Assembly (NCBI GenBank): GCA_965197905.1 | Contig: CBDAOB010000004.1 | Coordinates: 1,812,878-1,876,877 of the forward strand | DNA: 64,000 bases | Direction: 5' to 3' | Source: Candidatus Latescibacterota bacterium | GTDB lineage: Bacteria; Latescibacterota; UBA2968; UBA8231 | In this document: positions 25,001-38,782 of the stretch, piece after piece | How the letters are laid out: every line of letters starts with the position of its first letter | Position numbering within the stretch: position 1 is the first letter of the stretch | The notes under the pieces: generated by a model | The model's database searches: none | Told to the model about the DNA's origin: nothing | Seen by the model: the letters and a program-made list of their open reading frames with translations, nothing else | Position numbers and translations under genes: made by a program

Positions 25001-27518
25001 ACCCGGCTTCACCGAGGAGCAATCGCTTTCGGTGCCCTGGTCTATCGGCGTCGCCGGGAGTTATCACCTGGAGATGTTTCTCGATCCGGACGGCGAGACC
25101 GCCGATGAAAAACCCTTGAACAACAGCTACCTGTTAGGCGTTGAAGTTCTGGAGCCCTTGATGCCGATACCGGGATCTCCAAAAACGCATGCTGTGCTAC
25201 AGTCAAATGGCATCGCACTGACAGCTCTGCTGCCCATCGATGCCGGCGCGCTCGAGTGCGAGTTTGCGCTGTCCACGGGCTCCGAATTCGCAGCAGGCAA
25301 CACGACCTTGTCTCCCGCCGTCGTCTCGAGGAACGGTCTGGCCACTCACGAAGTGACCGTCGAAGAAGAAAGGGTCTACTTCTGGCGCGCCCGTATCCAA
25401 CGCAACGGATCAGCCGGTCCGTGGAGCGCACACCGGTCATTTTCGATCTCCAGTGAACCGAATCCCCCGGACTGGCGTCAGTCAGGTAAACAGTTTGTCG
25501 ATGCGAAGATAAACCCCTTGGAACTCGACCCGCGCGGTGGGTTGGTTTTGTCTCCGACCAAGCAGCCCTTCCGCATGACCGGTGCCCAGCGGGAAGGGTG
25601 GTTTACCGTAGCCGAGCTCGAGGGCGCCGGCGTCGTCTGCACGGATGGGAGCTATCTCTACGCCAAACGCTGGTTCAACGACCCATCCACGGTTTATCCA
25701 GGCAGCGACTATTTCACTCGGATCGGAACCGGATTCAACGGCACTTCGGCCGGAGTGGTCTACGACACGCTAGCTGATTCCACCACCGCCGGCATCTCGG
25801 CCACCTACCACAGCGATGGGTTCATTTACAACGAAAGCGGGCGCGCCTTCGAGTTGGAGCGCATCGCAGTTTCGACGGGAAGAATGGACACCGTCGAGGT
25901 TCCGGATGGGCTGGTGGAGTGGAAGTACGGTCGCGTGGAAGAGGGGCACTCGTTACTGACCTCCGACGGGAAACACATTTACAATGTCTCCATGAGCTCA
26001 GAAGCGGGCACGCGCAACGAGTGGCGGGTGCGGGTCTTCGATCCGGTAAACGGGTGGGCGTTGGTACGCGATTTTACCTCTCCCCCTACGGAGACCGGTT
26101 TCACCTACAAGTGGACCGATGGGGTTATCGCTGATACCGAGGACCTCTATTTCATCGAGTTCAGCGGTGGCCACCGCGTCCGACGAGTGCACCGCGCCGA
26201 TGGCGCCGTGCGAGACGAGTCGGTGGGGGATCAGGATTCTACCCGAATCGTTTCGGGCCAGTACGACTGGGTCAATAATAAGGTGTGGCTTGGAGACCTC
26301 TTCGGACCCACCATCTACCGCTATGCTGGAGGGGAGCGCGTCGAGGATGCCGAATTTGTCTCGCCAGCCATTGGGCCAGCGGCGGAATGGAGCTGGGTTG
26401 CACTCAACGGCACGGCTCCGGTGGCGCCAAACCTGCGCATCGATCTGCTCACCCGCAGCGCGGTCGACGGCACCTGGATGCCCTTGGAGGGCTTTTCCGA
26501 TCTGTCTCCGAACGGGTCGATAGATATCAGCTCGGTGTCGGCGGCCACCCATCGCTATCTCAAGCTGCGGGCGAGATTCTCTGGGGCGGCCGCCGCCACC
26601 CTGCACGACTGGTCGGTACGGTACACACCGCTGCCATCCCTGCAGGTAGTCACCGCCACCGGCGAGGTAGATTCCTTGATGCGGATCGAGGCCGTAGTGC
26701 GGATCCTGGAGCCGCCAGCCAACGATCCGGTCGTGATCCAGGTGGAGAATGCCGGAGGCACCGTTCTGGCCGCGCAAACCATCACCGATCTCTCCAATCC
26801 AGGTGCCGCGCAGGTGATACGTTTCGACGGCCTGCCGCCACCGGGGCCGCAAGAAGAGCGGTTCGTGCGCCTGGTCACCGCCCAGCCAGACGCGGATCCG
26901 CAGGACAACCGGCTCGCGGTAACCTTTCCGCTCTCAGCTGCTCCGACGCTTGTTGTTGTGCCTTCCGGTCGGGCTTTTCAAGACGGGGACTTCTTGCGAC
27001 CGGACGAAGCCCTGTGGATTCTCCTTGCCTCCGCGCCCGAGACGGTCGAGTTATTGGTGGACGAGGTCCATGTAGAGGCCGACTCGATACGAAACGACGA
27101 CGATGGGGGTTTACGTCTGCTCTACCGATCAACGGCCCCCGAAGGAAGACACCACCTGCTGATCAGGACCGGTGATCTGAGCGGCGGCAACCGCGACTGG
27201 TCCTACCAGTTCCTCTTGCGCGACGATCTTAGCATCGCTCAGGCGCTGGTCTTTCCAAACCCCGTGCAAGAGAACGCCGACTTTACCTTTTCCCTCTCTC
27301 ACGACGCCAAGGTGACGGTGCAGGTGTTCTCGTTGAGCGGACGCCTAGTTCGACGCCTGGGCACGGAGGAACAGCTCGCGGGATTCTGCACAGTATCGTG
27401 GGACGGTCGCGACGAAGACGGCGCACGGGTGACCAACGGCACCTACCTCTACAGAATTGATGCCCACAACGGGGCCGAAGGAGCAGTGGTACGGGCAGCG
27501 CTAACGGTGGTGCGCTGA
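22014..27518 (+). CDS. Giant gingipain-like cysteine peptidase (family C25) with C-terminal T9SS-type sorting domain
   Basis: Signal peptide MLPVSAAALLTLFLAARCGA (ATG 22014; the track ORF starts spuriously at 21912). C25 catalytic region 'ADYLIITHPLF...YLLLMGDATFDY...VPYGFLEGDD..PDLAVGRL', 'NFSGHGSAG' (His), 'LSCLNGMFAN' (Cys). Long beta-rich middle/C-terminal region. Last ~90 aa 'LVFPNPVQENADFTFSL...VQVFSLSGRLVRRL...WDGRDEDGARVTNGTYLYRI' is a por_Secre_tail-type CTD. Confidence 0.7.
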   Translation: MLPVSAAALLTLFLAARCGANQLELVASDAIGLTVEFRQTAQPPIERQIQGKRFHELSVSGPRPLAPGIPSVPFRSTLIAAPAGSGLRLEVLEAHYLQYEEIDLLPVVAAIASDGGVELFRRDPLAYGTDTFGPPELATSEFLGIQRGVHSHRLQLHPFRYNPVRRVLRVFDRLVIRVHFVGGRLSKVPPIGARRSPFHGHFLNPVYPAARRPVAKTSQNEWYDRTQPWVKLVVDRDELFRVERGFLEGLDLDLNGVDPRTFRLFHRGREQRVFVSGEEDGIFDKGDFLLFYGQFRRDDRDFDSIFGRQNTYWLTWSGERGRRFVERDGAPTNQFPESIYHWSTAHFEQDLWYDPLPDAPDNLRDHWFWDQPVFATKPDVPSSRIFARDLSYPKLDEEYTARLRVALHGTTNLGHHTVVKLNNKEIDDAIWEGQVERRFEREIPSNYLRDGTNRILLQAFADQAKWDQVFFNWFAIDYRRLYRAKVGFLSFERPAIPSGERISIGGFHNRKIQLFDVANGIRFTSIEVDSTETGIAATFEHRSAEVAAFVIVDSTRILSPAGSVDEPSAWRTPDRAADYLIITHPLFVESAERLARHRQRNGLTTAIVSTEDIYDEFSFGLFDRDAVKALVQYSYDFWETRPTYLLLMGDATFDYRNLFGGGAPSFVPSTYYHARNRGHAPSDVPYGFLEGDDLLPDLAVGRLAVGSPEEAAAAVEKIIRYDTEPEPGPWRGRVVYGANYHARGLFTEPSDRLADRYTEPLGLQSIKVYNEDNAPIPNATGKRFLDALNDGALLVNFSGHGSAGTMQFLFSLQFPDWDYLSQVNNDRRLPLVLALSCLNGMFANPHVESLGEVFTDKPTGGSIAYISATAESFVAQNELLGENLFAELFERGNLAFGLSLNAAKTQVLAAHSSFKEAVLTMQLFGDPAQKLALQRAPDFVAAHLSVPSQALFPGERTSIELGLENHSISTPDSVRVLLLAHPPTGSDPDTLLDRQQPGFTEEQSLSVPWSIGVAGSYHLEMFLDPDGETADEKPLNNSYLLGVEVLEPLMPIPGSPKTHAVLQSNGIALTALLPIDAGALECEFALSTGSEFAAGNTTLSPAVVSRNGLATHEVTVEEERVYFWRARIQRNGSAGPWSAHRSFSISSEPNPPDWRQSGKQFVDAKINPLELDPRGGLVLSPTKQPFRMTGAQREGWFTVAELEGAGVVCTDGSYLYAKRWFNDPSTVYPGSDYFTRIGTGFNGTSAGVVYDTLADSTTAGISATYHSDGFIYNESGRAFELERIAVSTGRMDTVEVPDGLVEWKYGRVEEGHSLLTSDGKHIYNVSMSSEAGTRNEWRVRVFDPVNGWALVRDFTSPPTETGFTYKWTDGVIADTEDLYFIEFSGGHRVRRVHRADGAVRDESVGDQDSTRIVSGQYDWVNNKVWLGDLFGPTIYRYAGGERVEDAEFVSPAIGPAAEWSWVALNGTAPVAPNLRIDLLTRSAVDGTWMPLEGFSDLSPNGSIDISSVSAATHRYLKLRARFSGAAAATLHDWSVRYTPLPSLQVVTATGEVDSLMRIEAVVRILEPPANDPVVIQVENAGGTVLAAQTITDLSNPGAAQVIRFDGLPPPGPQEERFVRLVTAQPDADPQDNRLAVTFPLSAAPTLVVVPSGRAFQDGDFLRPDEALWILLASAPETVELLVDEVHVEADSIRNDDDGGLRLLYRSTAPEGRHHLLIRTGDLSGGNRDWSYQFLLRDDLSIAQALVFPNPVQENADFTFSLSHDAKVTVQVFSLSGRLVRRLGTEEQLAGFCTVSWDGRDEDGARVTNGTYLYRIDAHNGAEGAVVRAALTVVR

Positions 27519-27532
27519 GGGAGTTCGAACAT

Positions 27533-27560
27533 TGACACTCGCGCCCCAGCGGCCTATCAT
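27533..27560 (+). promoter_or_regulatory. Candidate sigma70 promoter for gltA (TTGACA-N16-TATCAT)
   Basis: Consensus -35 hexamer, 16-nt spacer and a near-consensus -10, located ~95 nt upstream of the citrate synthase ATG, which has a GAGGAG RBS. Confidence 0.4.
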
Positions 27561-27655
27561 TTCGCCGGATCGCTAACCAGCCACGGCATCCGTAGTAGCC
27601 ATTACCTTCCACGATTCAAGCGTCACCACAGGACAACGCTCGAGGAGATTATCCT

Positions 27656-28945
27656 ATGACCGAAAAAGCCCAACTCAAGCTCAACGGTACCGAGCTGGAA
27701 CTTCCGGTAATAGTGGGAACCGAGGATGAACATGCTCTCGACATCAAGAGTCTCAGAGCGGAGACCGGGCACATCACCCTGGACAGCGGTTTTGGCAACA
27801 CCGGCTCGTGCCAAAGTGCCATAACCTTCATCGACGGCGAGAAGGGTATCCTGCGCTATCGTGGTATTCCCATCGAAGAGCTCGCCCAACACAGCACCTT
27901 CATCGAAAGCTCTTATTTGCTCATTTGGGGCGAGTTGCCCACGGCCGAACAGCTGGACACGTTTAGCGACCTTCTCACCAAGCACCAGATGCTGCGAGAA
28001 GAGATCCGACACCACTTCGACCTCTTTCCCGCCAACTCTCCGCCGATGGCGGTGCTGTCGGCGGTACTCAATGCCTTGAGCTGTTTTTATCCGGAGCTGG
28101 TCGAGATCGAGGACGACAACGGTTTTATCGAGGTCGCCGCCCGCATCATTGCCAAGATTCGCACCATTGCCGCCTACTCCTACCGCCACGAGATGGGTTA
28201 CCAGATCAACTATCCACACCCGGATAAAACCTTCTCCGAAAACTTTCTGCACATGATGTTCAGCGATCCGTACGTCGAGTTCGATGCGCAGCCGGAGCTG
28301 GTGCGGGCACTGGATCTGATCTTTCTACTCCATGCGGATCACGAGCAGAACTGCAGCACCTCTACGGTGCGTATGGTCGGCAGCTCCGAAGCCAACCTGT
28401 TCGCCTCGGTGGCCGCAGGAGTGTGTGCCCTCTGGGGGCCCTTGCACGGAGGCGCGAATGTTGCCGTAGTGGATATGCTGGAGCATATGCACGCGGAGAA
28501 TATCTCGGTCAAAGACTTGGTACAGCAGGTTAAAGACAAGACAGAGGGCCTGCGCTTGATGGGATTCGGTCATCGGGTGTATAAGAATTTCGACCCGCGG
28601 GCGAAGATCATTAAGCAGTCCGCAGTGGAGGTCCTGGCTAAACTGCATATCAAGGATCCGCTGCTGGACCTGGCCGAGGAGCTGGAAGAGGCCGCGTTGA
28701 ACGACGATTACTTCATCGAGCGCAAACTGTATCCGAACGTCGATTTCTACAGCGGCATCATCCTGCGCGCCTTGGGCATCCCCAAGAAAATGTACACCGT
28801 CATTTTCGCCATTGGGCGTATGCCCGGTTGGATAGCCCACTGGCGGGAGATGCGCTTCATCACCAAGGACCGTATCAGCCGGCCGCGGCAGGTCTATACT
28901 GGGTATCCCCAGCGCCCGTACATCCCCCTGGTGAATCGGCGCTGA
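27656..28945 (+). CDS. gltA: Citrate synthase (type II, GltA)
   Basis: 429 aa; 'LRYRGIPIEEL', 'LLHADHEQNCSTSTVR', 'GPLHGGAN', 'GFGHRVYKNFDPRA', 'DFYSGII' are canonical citrate synthase motifs. Confidence 0.9.
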   Translation: MTEKAQLKLNGTELELPVIVGTEDEHALDIKSLRAETGHITLDSGFGNTGSCQSAITFIDGEKGILRYRGIPIEELAQHSTFIESSYLLIWGELPTAEQLDTFSDLLTKHQMLREEIRHHFDLFPANSPPMAVLSAVLNALSCFYPELVEIEDDNGFIEVAARIIAKIRTIAAYSYRHEMGYQINYPHPDKTFSENFLHMMFSDPYVEFDAQPELVRALDLIFLLHADHEQNCSTSTVRMVGSSEANLFASVAAGVCALWGPLHGGANVAVVDMLEHMHAENISVKDLVQQVKDKTEGLRLMGFGHRVYKNFDPRAKIIKQSAVEVLAKLHIKDPLLDLAEELEEAALNDDYFIERKLYPNVDFYSGIILRALGIPKKMYTVIFAIGRMPGWIAHWREMRFITKDRISRPRQVYTGYPQRPYIPLVNRR

Positions 28946-29075
28946 CGTCTCAAGGCTCGCGACTCGAAATCCCCGGGTAGGGTGCGGCGCTTGGGTGGTT
29001 TTGCAGTTGACCCATTGATTCGTGCAGGTATTTTCAAGGGTGTCCCTACCCTCACCTCACAAGGAGAACACGACG

Positions 29076-29366
29076 TTGACCCCGACCATAAGTGTGCGCC
29101 ACGACAAGGTTTCTGATGCCACTCGTGAGTACATCGAAAAGGCGTGCGAAAAGTTTGGTCAGTACTACGATCGGATCGTCGAATGCGACGTTGTAGTCGA
29201 AAAACAGAAGAAGGGAACGCAGGTGGAAATCGTTCTGAAGGTGCCGCAGCAAACCCTTACTGCTTCTTGTCTTGAGGAGAATCTCTACAAAGCTGTGGAC
29301 GCCGCTAAGGAACGAATAGAAACCCAGCTCAAGAAGTATCACGACAAGAACGTTGCCCACCGTTGA
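29076..29366 (+). CDS. hpf: Ribosome hibernation-promoting factor / RaiA (short HPF)
   Basis: 'ISVRHDKVSDATREYIEKACEKFGQYYDRIVECDVVVEKQKKGTQVEIVLKVP...LYKAVDAAKERIETQLKKYHDK' follows the HPF/YfiA pattern. AAGGAGA RBS at 29061..29067 followed by TTG at 29076; the track ORF begins upstream at an unlikely ATG. Confidence 0.6.
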   Translation: MTPTISVRHDKVSDATREYIEKACEKFGQYYDRIVECDVVVEKQKKGTQVEIVLKVPQQTLTASCLEENLYKAVDAAKERIETQLKKYHDKNVAHR

Positions 29367-29387
29367 TCTGGGCGGGGGTATCTGCAA

Positions 29388-29415
29388 CCGGTCTGGCCCT
29401 GGTCAGGCCGGTTTT
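29388..29415 (+). terminator. Rho-independent terminator after hpf
   Basis: 9-bp stem CCGGUCUGG / UCAGGCCGG (two G.U), loop CCCUGG, followed by TTTT. Confidence 0.5.
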
Positions 29416-29433
29416 CTTGTGTACCACCTCTTC

Positions 29434-29462
29434 TTGACATGCCCAAACGGGCAACGTATGAT
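29434..29462 (+). promoter_or_regulatory. Consensus sigma70 promoter for the secretin gene (TTGACA-N17-TATGAT)
   Basis: Perfect -35, 17-nt spacer and a TATGAT -10, placed 38 nt upstream of the ATG at 29500 and directly after the hpf terminator. Confidence 0.5.
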
Positions 29463-29499
29463 GGGAAAAACGCGGTCCCTGGGAAAGAAATTCGGAACT

Positions 29500-31935
29500 A
29501 TGAGATATCGGCGTCCTGCCCGTTTTCTGCTGTATTTCGCCCTGTTCTCTCTGCCCATCCAGGCGCAGGCGACCGTCGATTTCGTTGTCTCGCCGCTGTC
29601 GTCCCGTTCTAAGAACATCCGTTTGTTCGAAGCGGCAGATACGCGGGTGATGCTGCCAGCGGGATACGCCCGCGATCCGTCCGCGGCCGCTTCGATGGCA
29701 CTCAGAGCGGGAACCGTCGACGCTCGCGTCTATACAAAACCGAACCTCGACGGCGGTGTGCTGTCGCTGGAGCTTGCCCTCGTGCGGGGCATTACGGCGG
29801 GATACGAATTCGCCCTGTTCAGCCCGGACGGTGAAACCGCGGCCGACGACGATCTGGCGGAGGTTGCCAGGCGCTTGAAGAGGCTTCGCAAGGCGAGCGC
29901 AAAGGTGTCGCGGGGCAAGCCCGAACTAGGCTACGAGATGGTCCGCCTGGGAAACATCGAAGCCGACCGCGCCCTGGCATTGCTCAAGTCCCTGGGCTAC
30001 AGCACGGTGGAGTTCTCCAGCAAAAGCAAGACCCGCGAAAAGGTCTTCGATATCAAAGGCGACCGCGACGCCGACCTGCCTCGGGTGGTCAAGGTCATAA
30101 ACGACTCCAAGACCAGCCTGTTGGAGGCCGATCCAAGCGGGTCCGCGCGCAAATCGACTACCAGCAAAAGCAAGGGCGTTCAAGGTGCTCCACAGCTGGG
30201 AGGTTCGCACCTGCACAGCACCACCACCGGATCGCCGCAGGAACGTCTCCTAATCATTTACGACAGGAACGAGCTGGAGGCGCTGGAGAAGCTGATTAAC
30301 GTATTGCGCACCCAGATCGATGTTCCGGCGCAGCAGATCGTCATCGAGGCGCTGGTCATCGAGGTGAATACCAACCGCTTGCGGGATGTGGGGGTCGAGT
30401 TGACCGGTTCGAAGAACCACGTAAAGGGGTCGTTCTCGCGTCCGGAAGGAACGACCGGCAACCCGCTTACCACGCTTCTGTTCTCGCGCGAGACCTTCAC
30501 GGATTTCCTCTCGTTGAAGGGGAAGCTGGAGGCTCTCGTCGAGGTCGGTGATGCGGAGATCCTGTCCAGTCCTTCGGTGTTGGTGCTCAACGACCGTCAG
30601 GCCCGGGTGCAGGTGGGTAGGCAGATACCGATCGTGCGCTCGACGACCCCCACCGCCGGGACGACGGTCAAAGGCATTGAGTATTTCCCCATCGGCATCG
30701 TGCTTAACCTCCGACCTCGCATCAACCTGGACCAGAGTGAAGTGACGATTCAGATCGAGACCATTATCAGCTCCATCTCGACCGAATCCGCTACCAAGCT
30801 AGAAGACGGCATCTCGGAGGATATCTCGTTTGCGCCCATTGTCGACAATCGAGTGGTCGAAACCTACATCAGAGTCGCGGACGGAACCCCGTTCATCATC
30901 GGCGGATTGCTGTCGACCGAACGCTTGGACAGCAAAGTGGGCGTGCCGTTTCTGTCGGCCGTGCCGTTTTTGGGCCATCTGTTTTCCCGCAAGCGGGTAG
31001 AGAACACCCAGCGGGAGGTTATCGTCGTCATCACGCCGCACATCGTTCCGCTGGAGGCGCGGAATTTTAGCTACCTCATCCCCAAGGATTCGGACATTTT
31101 CGACCGTTTCGACACGCGGCTTTTTCGCAACGCCTATCGCGTGCGCGACGACGACATCTGGGACCTGAAGTTTATCCGTCAAAGCCCAGCCCTCCAATCT
31201 CTGCTGACAAAGGTGCGCCGGAGTGCCGCAGACAACGTGATGTTGCAGCGCCAGGAACCCTTCAAGGGCTTGCTCGCGGGTGAGATTCCAGGGGAAGAGG
31301 TGCTGGTGCGCCGCATGCTGCGAGACATCGTGAAGAAGCTCGAATTCGGCCAGGAGATCGAGACCGAAAAGGTGTTCTTCTTCGAATCCTCGAACGCGGC
31401 AGGGGCCGAAGTCGATCTGGTCGACCGCGGACTGGATGAGGTGGTGGCGCCGGTCCTGGAGGTGCCTGAGGGCGCGGTGCTGTTGACTTTCGGCGCCCAA
31501 GACGAACCCCGGTCGGGACAGTCCTTCAGCTACCCCTCGGCGGTGGTGCAGGATACCATCGTGCCCACCGACGAGAAGGAGTTGGTCGCGTTTCTGCGAC
31601 AGCTGAATCCCCTCGACGACCAAGGGCGGCCGTTGCGATGGACCATCGTGCTGGCCAGCGCCGCCGACGTGGCGCAGCTCCAACGGGTGCTGGTTCTCAA
31701 ACGGTTGCTCGAGCTCAACGGCAATTTGCGTTTGAGTCTGCAGTCGTTCCATGCCGGGCTGCAGATTCTGTTTCCCACCCGCGAGGATATGCGCAACCGG
31801 TACCACCTGATCGACGGCGAGGTAGCGCAGCTTTTCTACGAGACCTCACCCAACCAATACTATCCTGCCTTTGAGCGAATCTTCAACCGCACCGCCCAGA
31901 CCGCCGAAGACTACCTGCGATCGGCCCGACCATGA
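29500..31935 (+). CDS. Secretin-family outer-membrane channel protein (GspD/PilQ-like) with ~300-aa C-terminal extension
   Basis: Signal peptide MRYRRPARFLLYFALFSLPIQAQA. N-domain-like region ('GYEMVRLGNIEADRALALLKSLGY'). Secretin domain 'IVIEALVIEVN...', 'AEILSSPSVLVLNDRQARVQVGRQIPI', 'DGTPFIIGGL', 'VPFLSAVPFLGHLFS', 'VIVVITPHIV'. The C-terminal 300 aa have no recognisable similarity. Confidence 0.7.
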   Translation: MRYRRPARFLLYFALFSLPIQAQATVDFVVSPLSSRSKNIRLFEAADTRVMLPAGYARDPSAAASMALRAGTVDARVYTKPNLDGGVLSLELALVRGITAGYEFALFSPDGETAADDDLAEVARRLKRLRKASAKVSRGKPELGYEMVRLGNIEADRALALLKSLGYSTVEFSSKSKTREKVFDIKGDRDADLPRVVKVINDSKTSLLEADPSGSARKSTTSKSKGVQGAPQLGGSHLHSTTTGSPQERLLIIYDRNELEALEKLINVLRTQIDVPAQQIVIEALVIEVNTNRLRDVGVELTGSKNHVKGSFSRPEGTTGNPLTTLLFSRETFTDFLSLKGKLEALVEVGDAEILSSPSVLVLNDRQARVQVGRQIPIVRSTTPTAGTTVKGIEYFPIGIVLNLRPRINLDQSEVTIQIETIISSISTESATKLEDGISEDISFAPIVDNRVVETYIRVADGTPFIIGGLLSTERLDSKVGVPFLSAVPFLGHLFSRKRVENTQREVIVVITPHIVPLEARNFSYLIPKDSDIFDRFDTRLFRNAYRVRDDDIWDLKFIRQSPALQSLLTKVRRSAADNVMLQRQEPFKGLLAGEIPGEEVLVRRMLRDIVKKLEFGQEIETEKVFFFESSNAAGAEVDLVDRGLDEVVAPVLEVPEGAVLLTFGAQDEPRSGQSFSYPSAVVQDTIVPTDEKELVAFLRQLNPLDDQGRPLRWTIVLASAADVAQLQRVLVLKRLLELNGNLRLSLQSFHAGLQILFPTREDMRNRYHLIDGEVAQLFYETSPNQYYPAFERIFNRTAQTAEDYLRSARP

Positions 31936-31958
31936 GAGGTAGGCAAAAAGGAATTCGG

Positions 31959-32412
31959 ATGATGTGTTTTACCACCTGCGTTCTGCCCTTCCTGTTGCTG
32001 GGATTGACGGCGTGCTCGGAACCGGGGCGGCAGGTCACCCGCTCCACCGAAAACGGAGCTTTTGCGCTCACCCTGAAAGCGAAGAGGGGATGGGTCAGAG
32101 TGAACGAGGTCCTGCCGATCGAAGTAAAACTGGTCAGCTTGAACGGTCCTCTAGACGACGGATTGGACGAGGAGATCGAGTTTCTGGTCAACAACGGGTC
32201 TCTCGACGAGGACGAGCTGGACGCAGTGCTCGAAGCACCTGACGACGAACACCCCGCGGCGACACCACCTTCCGTGCGTGGATCAGTTTCGAAGCCGATC
32301 CGGAGACCTCGACGGTCACCGAAAGCCAGGGGGAGATACACGCCCTGTTCCGCGACGTGCTGGCGACCTTGAAGATCCGCATCGTCGCCTCTTCTGACGA
32401 TCTCAACAATTA
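31959..32412 (+). CDS. Small lipoprotein (possible frameshift near 32245-32280)
   Basis: Lipobox LLLGLTAC|S. Coding potential appears to continue in another frame ('...FRAWISFEADPETSTVTESQGEIHALFRDVLATLKIRIV...*' ending 32412), while the track frame stops at 32372. 23 nt downstream of the secretin gene. Confidence 0.35.
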
Positions 32413-32672
32413 ACCGGCGAAGTCCCCTAGTCCGACATCCCCTACCGCCCGTCCACCTGATCGCGCACAGGTAGTTGCACGTTTATGACAAGCACGTTTT
32501 TCACCATCCGCCTGCCCGGATCGAGGTCGGCCCTTCCGCGACTCCGCCCGCCTCCACGGCCCCTCGACAATATTCGTTGCATTGCATATACTTACACCCC
32601 TTTATCTCGAGCGATTCCATCGGGTTACCACTTCGATGGCAAGCTATCCGCCCAAACCCACTCAGGAAATAG

Positions 32673-37265
<4,593 letters not shown>

Positions 37266-37270
37266 CCCCA

Positions 37271-38755
37271 ATGGGCAAACCCACCGGATTTCTAGAGTTC
37301 CAGCGGCAGCTGCCGGCCGACCGACCCCCGAAAGAACGGGTGGGCGATTGGGACGAGTTCCACCTGCACATGCCGGAGGCGAATCTGCAGGATCAGGGGG
37401 CGCGCTGCATGGATTGCGGCGTGCCGTTCTGCCATACCGGGGCTCTGATCAACGGCATGGCTTCGGGCTGTCCCATCAACAACCTCATCCCCGAATGGAA
37501 CGACCTGGTGTACCGCGGCCTGTGGCGCGAGGCCCTGGAGCGTCTGCACAAGACCAACAACTTCCCAGAATTCACCGGTCGGGTCTGTCCAGCGCCGTGC
37601 GAAGGTTCGTGCGTGCTGGGGATCGACAGTCCGCCCGTGACGATCAAGAATATCGAATGGAGCATCGTCGAACGTGGCTTCGATGAAGGGTGGATCGAAC
37701 CCGAACCACCAAAGCAACGAACCGGAAAATCAGTAGCCGTCATCGGTTCCGGACCAGCTGGTCTGGCCTGTGCGGCGCAGCTCAACAAAGCGGGGCATCT
37801 AGTCACGGTGTACGAACGGGCGGATCGCGTTGGCGGCCTGCTGATCTACGGCATTCCCAACATGAAGTTAGACAAGAAGGTCGTGCAACGTCGCATCGAT
37901 CTCCTCGCGGCAGAGGGTGTGACTTTCGTGACCGGCACGGAGATCGGACGGGATATCCAGGCAGACCAGCTGCAAGTGGAGTTCGACGCGCTCGTGCTGT
38001 GCGGAGGAGCCACCAAGGGGCGGGATCTTCCGATCGAAGGCCGCCAGCTGTCGGGGATCTACCAGGCCATGGAATTCCTACGGGTCAACACCAAGAGCCT
38101 GCTCGATTCCAACCACCGGGATGGCGCCTATATCTCCGCCCGCGACAAACATGTGATCGTGATCGGCGGAGGTGACACCGGAACCGACTGCGTGGGGACC
38201 TCCATGCGTCACGGATGCAGGAGCCTCACCCAGTTCGAGATTCTACCGCGACCGCCCGACGAACGCGCTGACGACAACCCCTGGCCTGAATGGCCCAAGG
38301 TCTATCTGCTGGACTACGGCCAGGCCGAAGCGAAGGCCCAGTTCGGCGAAGATCCCCGGGAGTACCTCATCAGCACGACCCGGTTTGTCGGCGATGACCA
38401 GCAGGCGGTGAAGGAGCTCCACACGGTCAACGTCAAATGGGAGGTGGGGGACAACGGCCGTCGGGTGCCTGCCAAGATTCCAGGAACGGAGAAGGTCTGG
38501 CCCGCCGATCTCGTCTTGCTGGCGATGGGGTTTCTGGGACCGGAGGATGTTATGCTCGAACAGCTGGGGGTGGAGCGAGACCCGCGGTCCAACGCCAAGG
38601 CGGAGCACGGCTCCTTCTCCACCAGTGTCGACGGGATCTTCGCGGCGGGAGATATGCGACGCGGTCAGAGCCTCGTGGTTTGGGCGATCAACGAAGGTCG
38701 AGGCGCCGCCCGCGAGTGCGATCGCTACCTCATGGGCTCGACCAATCTGCCGTAG
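37271..38755 (+). CDS. gltD: Glutamate synthase small subunit (NADPH, GltD)
   Basis: 494 aa; Fe-S cysteine cluster 'CMDCGVPFC...C..NNLIPEWN', FAD/NAD Rossmann '[17 protein letters not shown]', '[11 protein letters not shown]'. 5 nt downstream of gltB. Confidence 0.9.
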   Translation: MGKPTGFLEFQRQLPADRPPKERVGDWDEFHLHMPEANLQDQGARCMDCGVPFCHTGALINGMASGCPINNLIPEWNDLVYRGLWREALERLHKTNNFPEFTGRVCPAPCEGSCVLGIDSPPVTIKNIEWSIVERGFDEGWIEPEPPKQRTGKSVAVIGSGPAGLACAAQLNKAGHLVTVYERADRVGGLLIYGIPNMKLDKKVVQRRIDLLAAEGVTFVTGTEIGRDIQADQLQVEFDALVLCGGATKGRDLPIEGRQLSGIYQAMEFLRVNTKSLLDSNHRDGAYISARDKHVIVIGGGDTGTDCVGTSMRHGCRSLTQFEILPRPPDERADDNPWPEWPKVYLLDYGQAEAKAQFGEDPREYLISTTRFVGDDQQAVKELHTVNVKWEVGDNGRRVPAKIPGTEKVWPADLVLLAMGFLGPEDVMLEQLGVERDPRSNAKAEHGSFSTSVDGIFAAGDMRRGQSLVVWAINEGRGAARECDRYLMGSTNLP

Positions 38756-38782
38756 GATCCCGTTGCACGGTGGGTCGGGATC

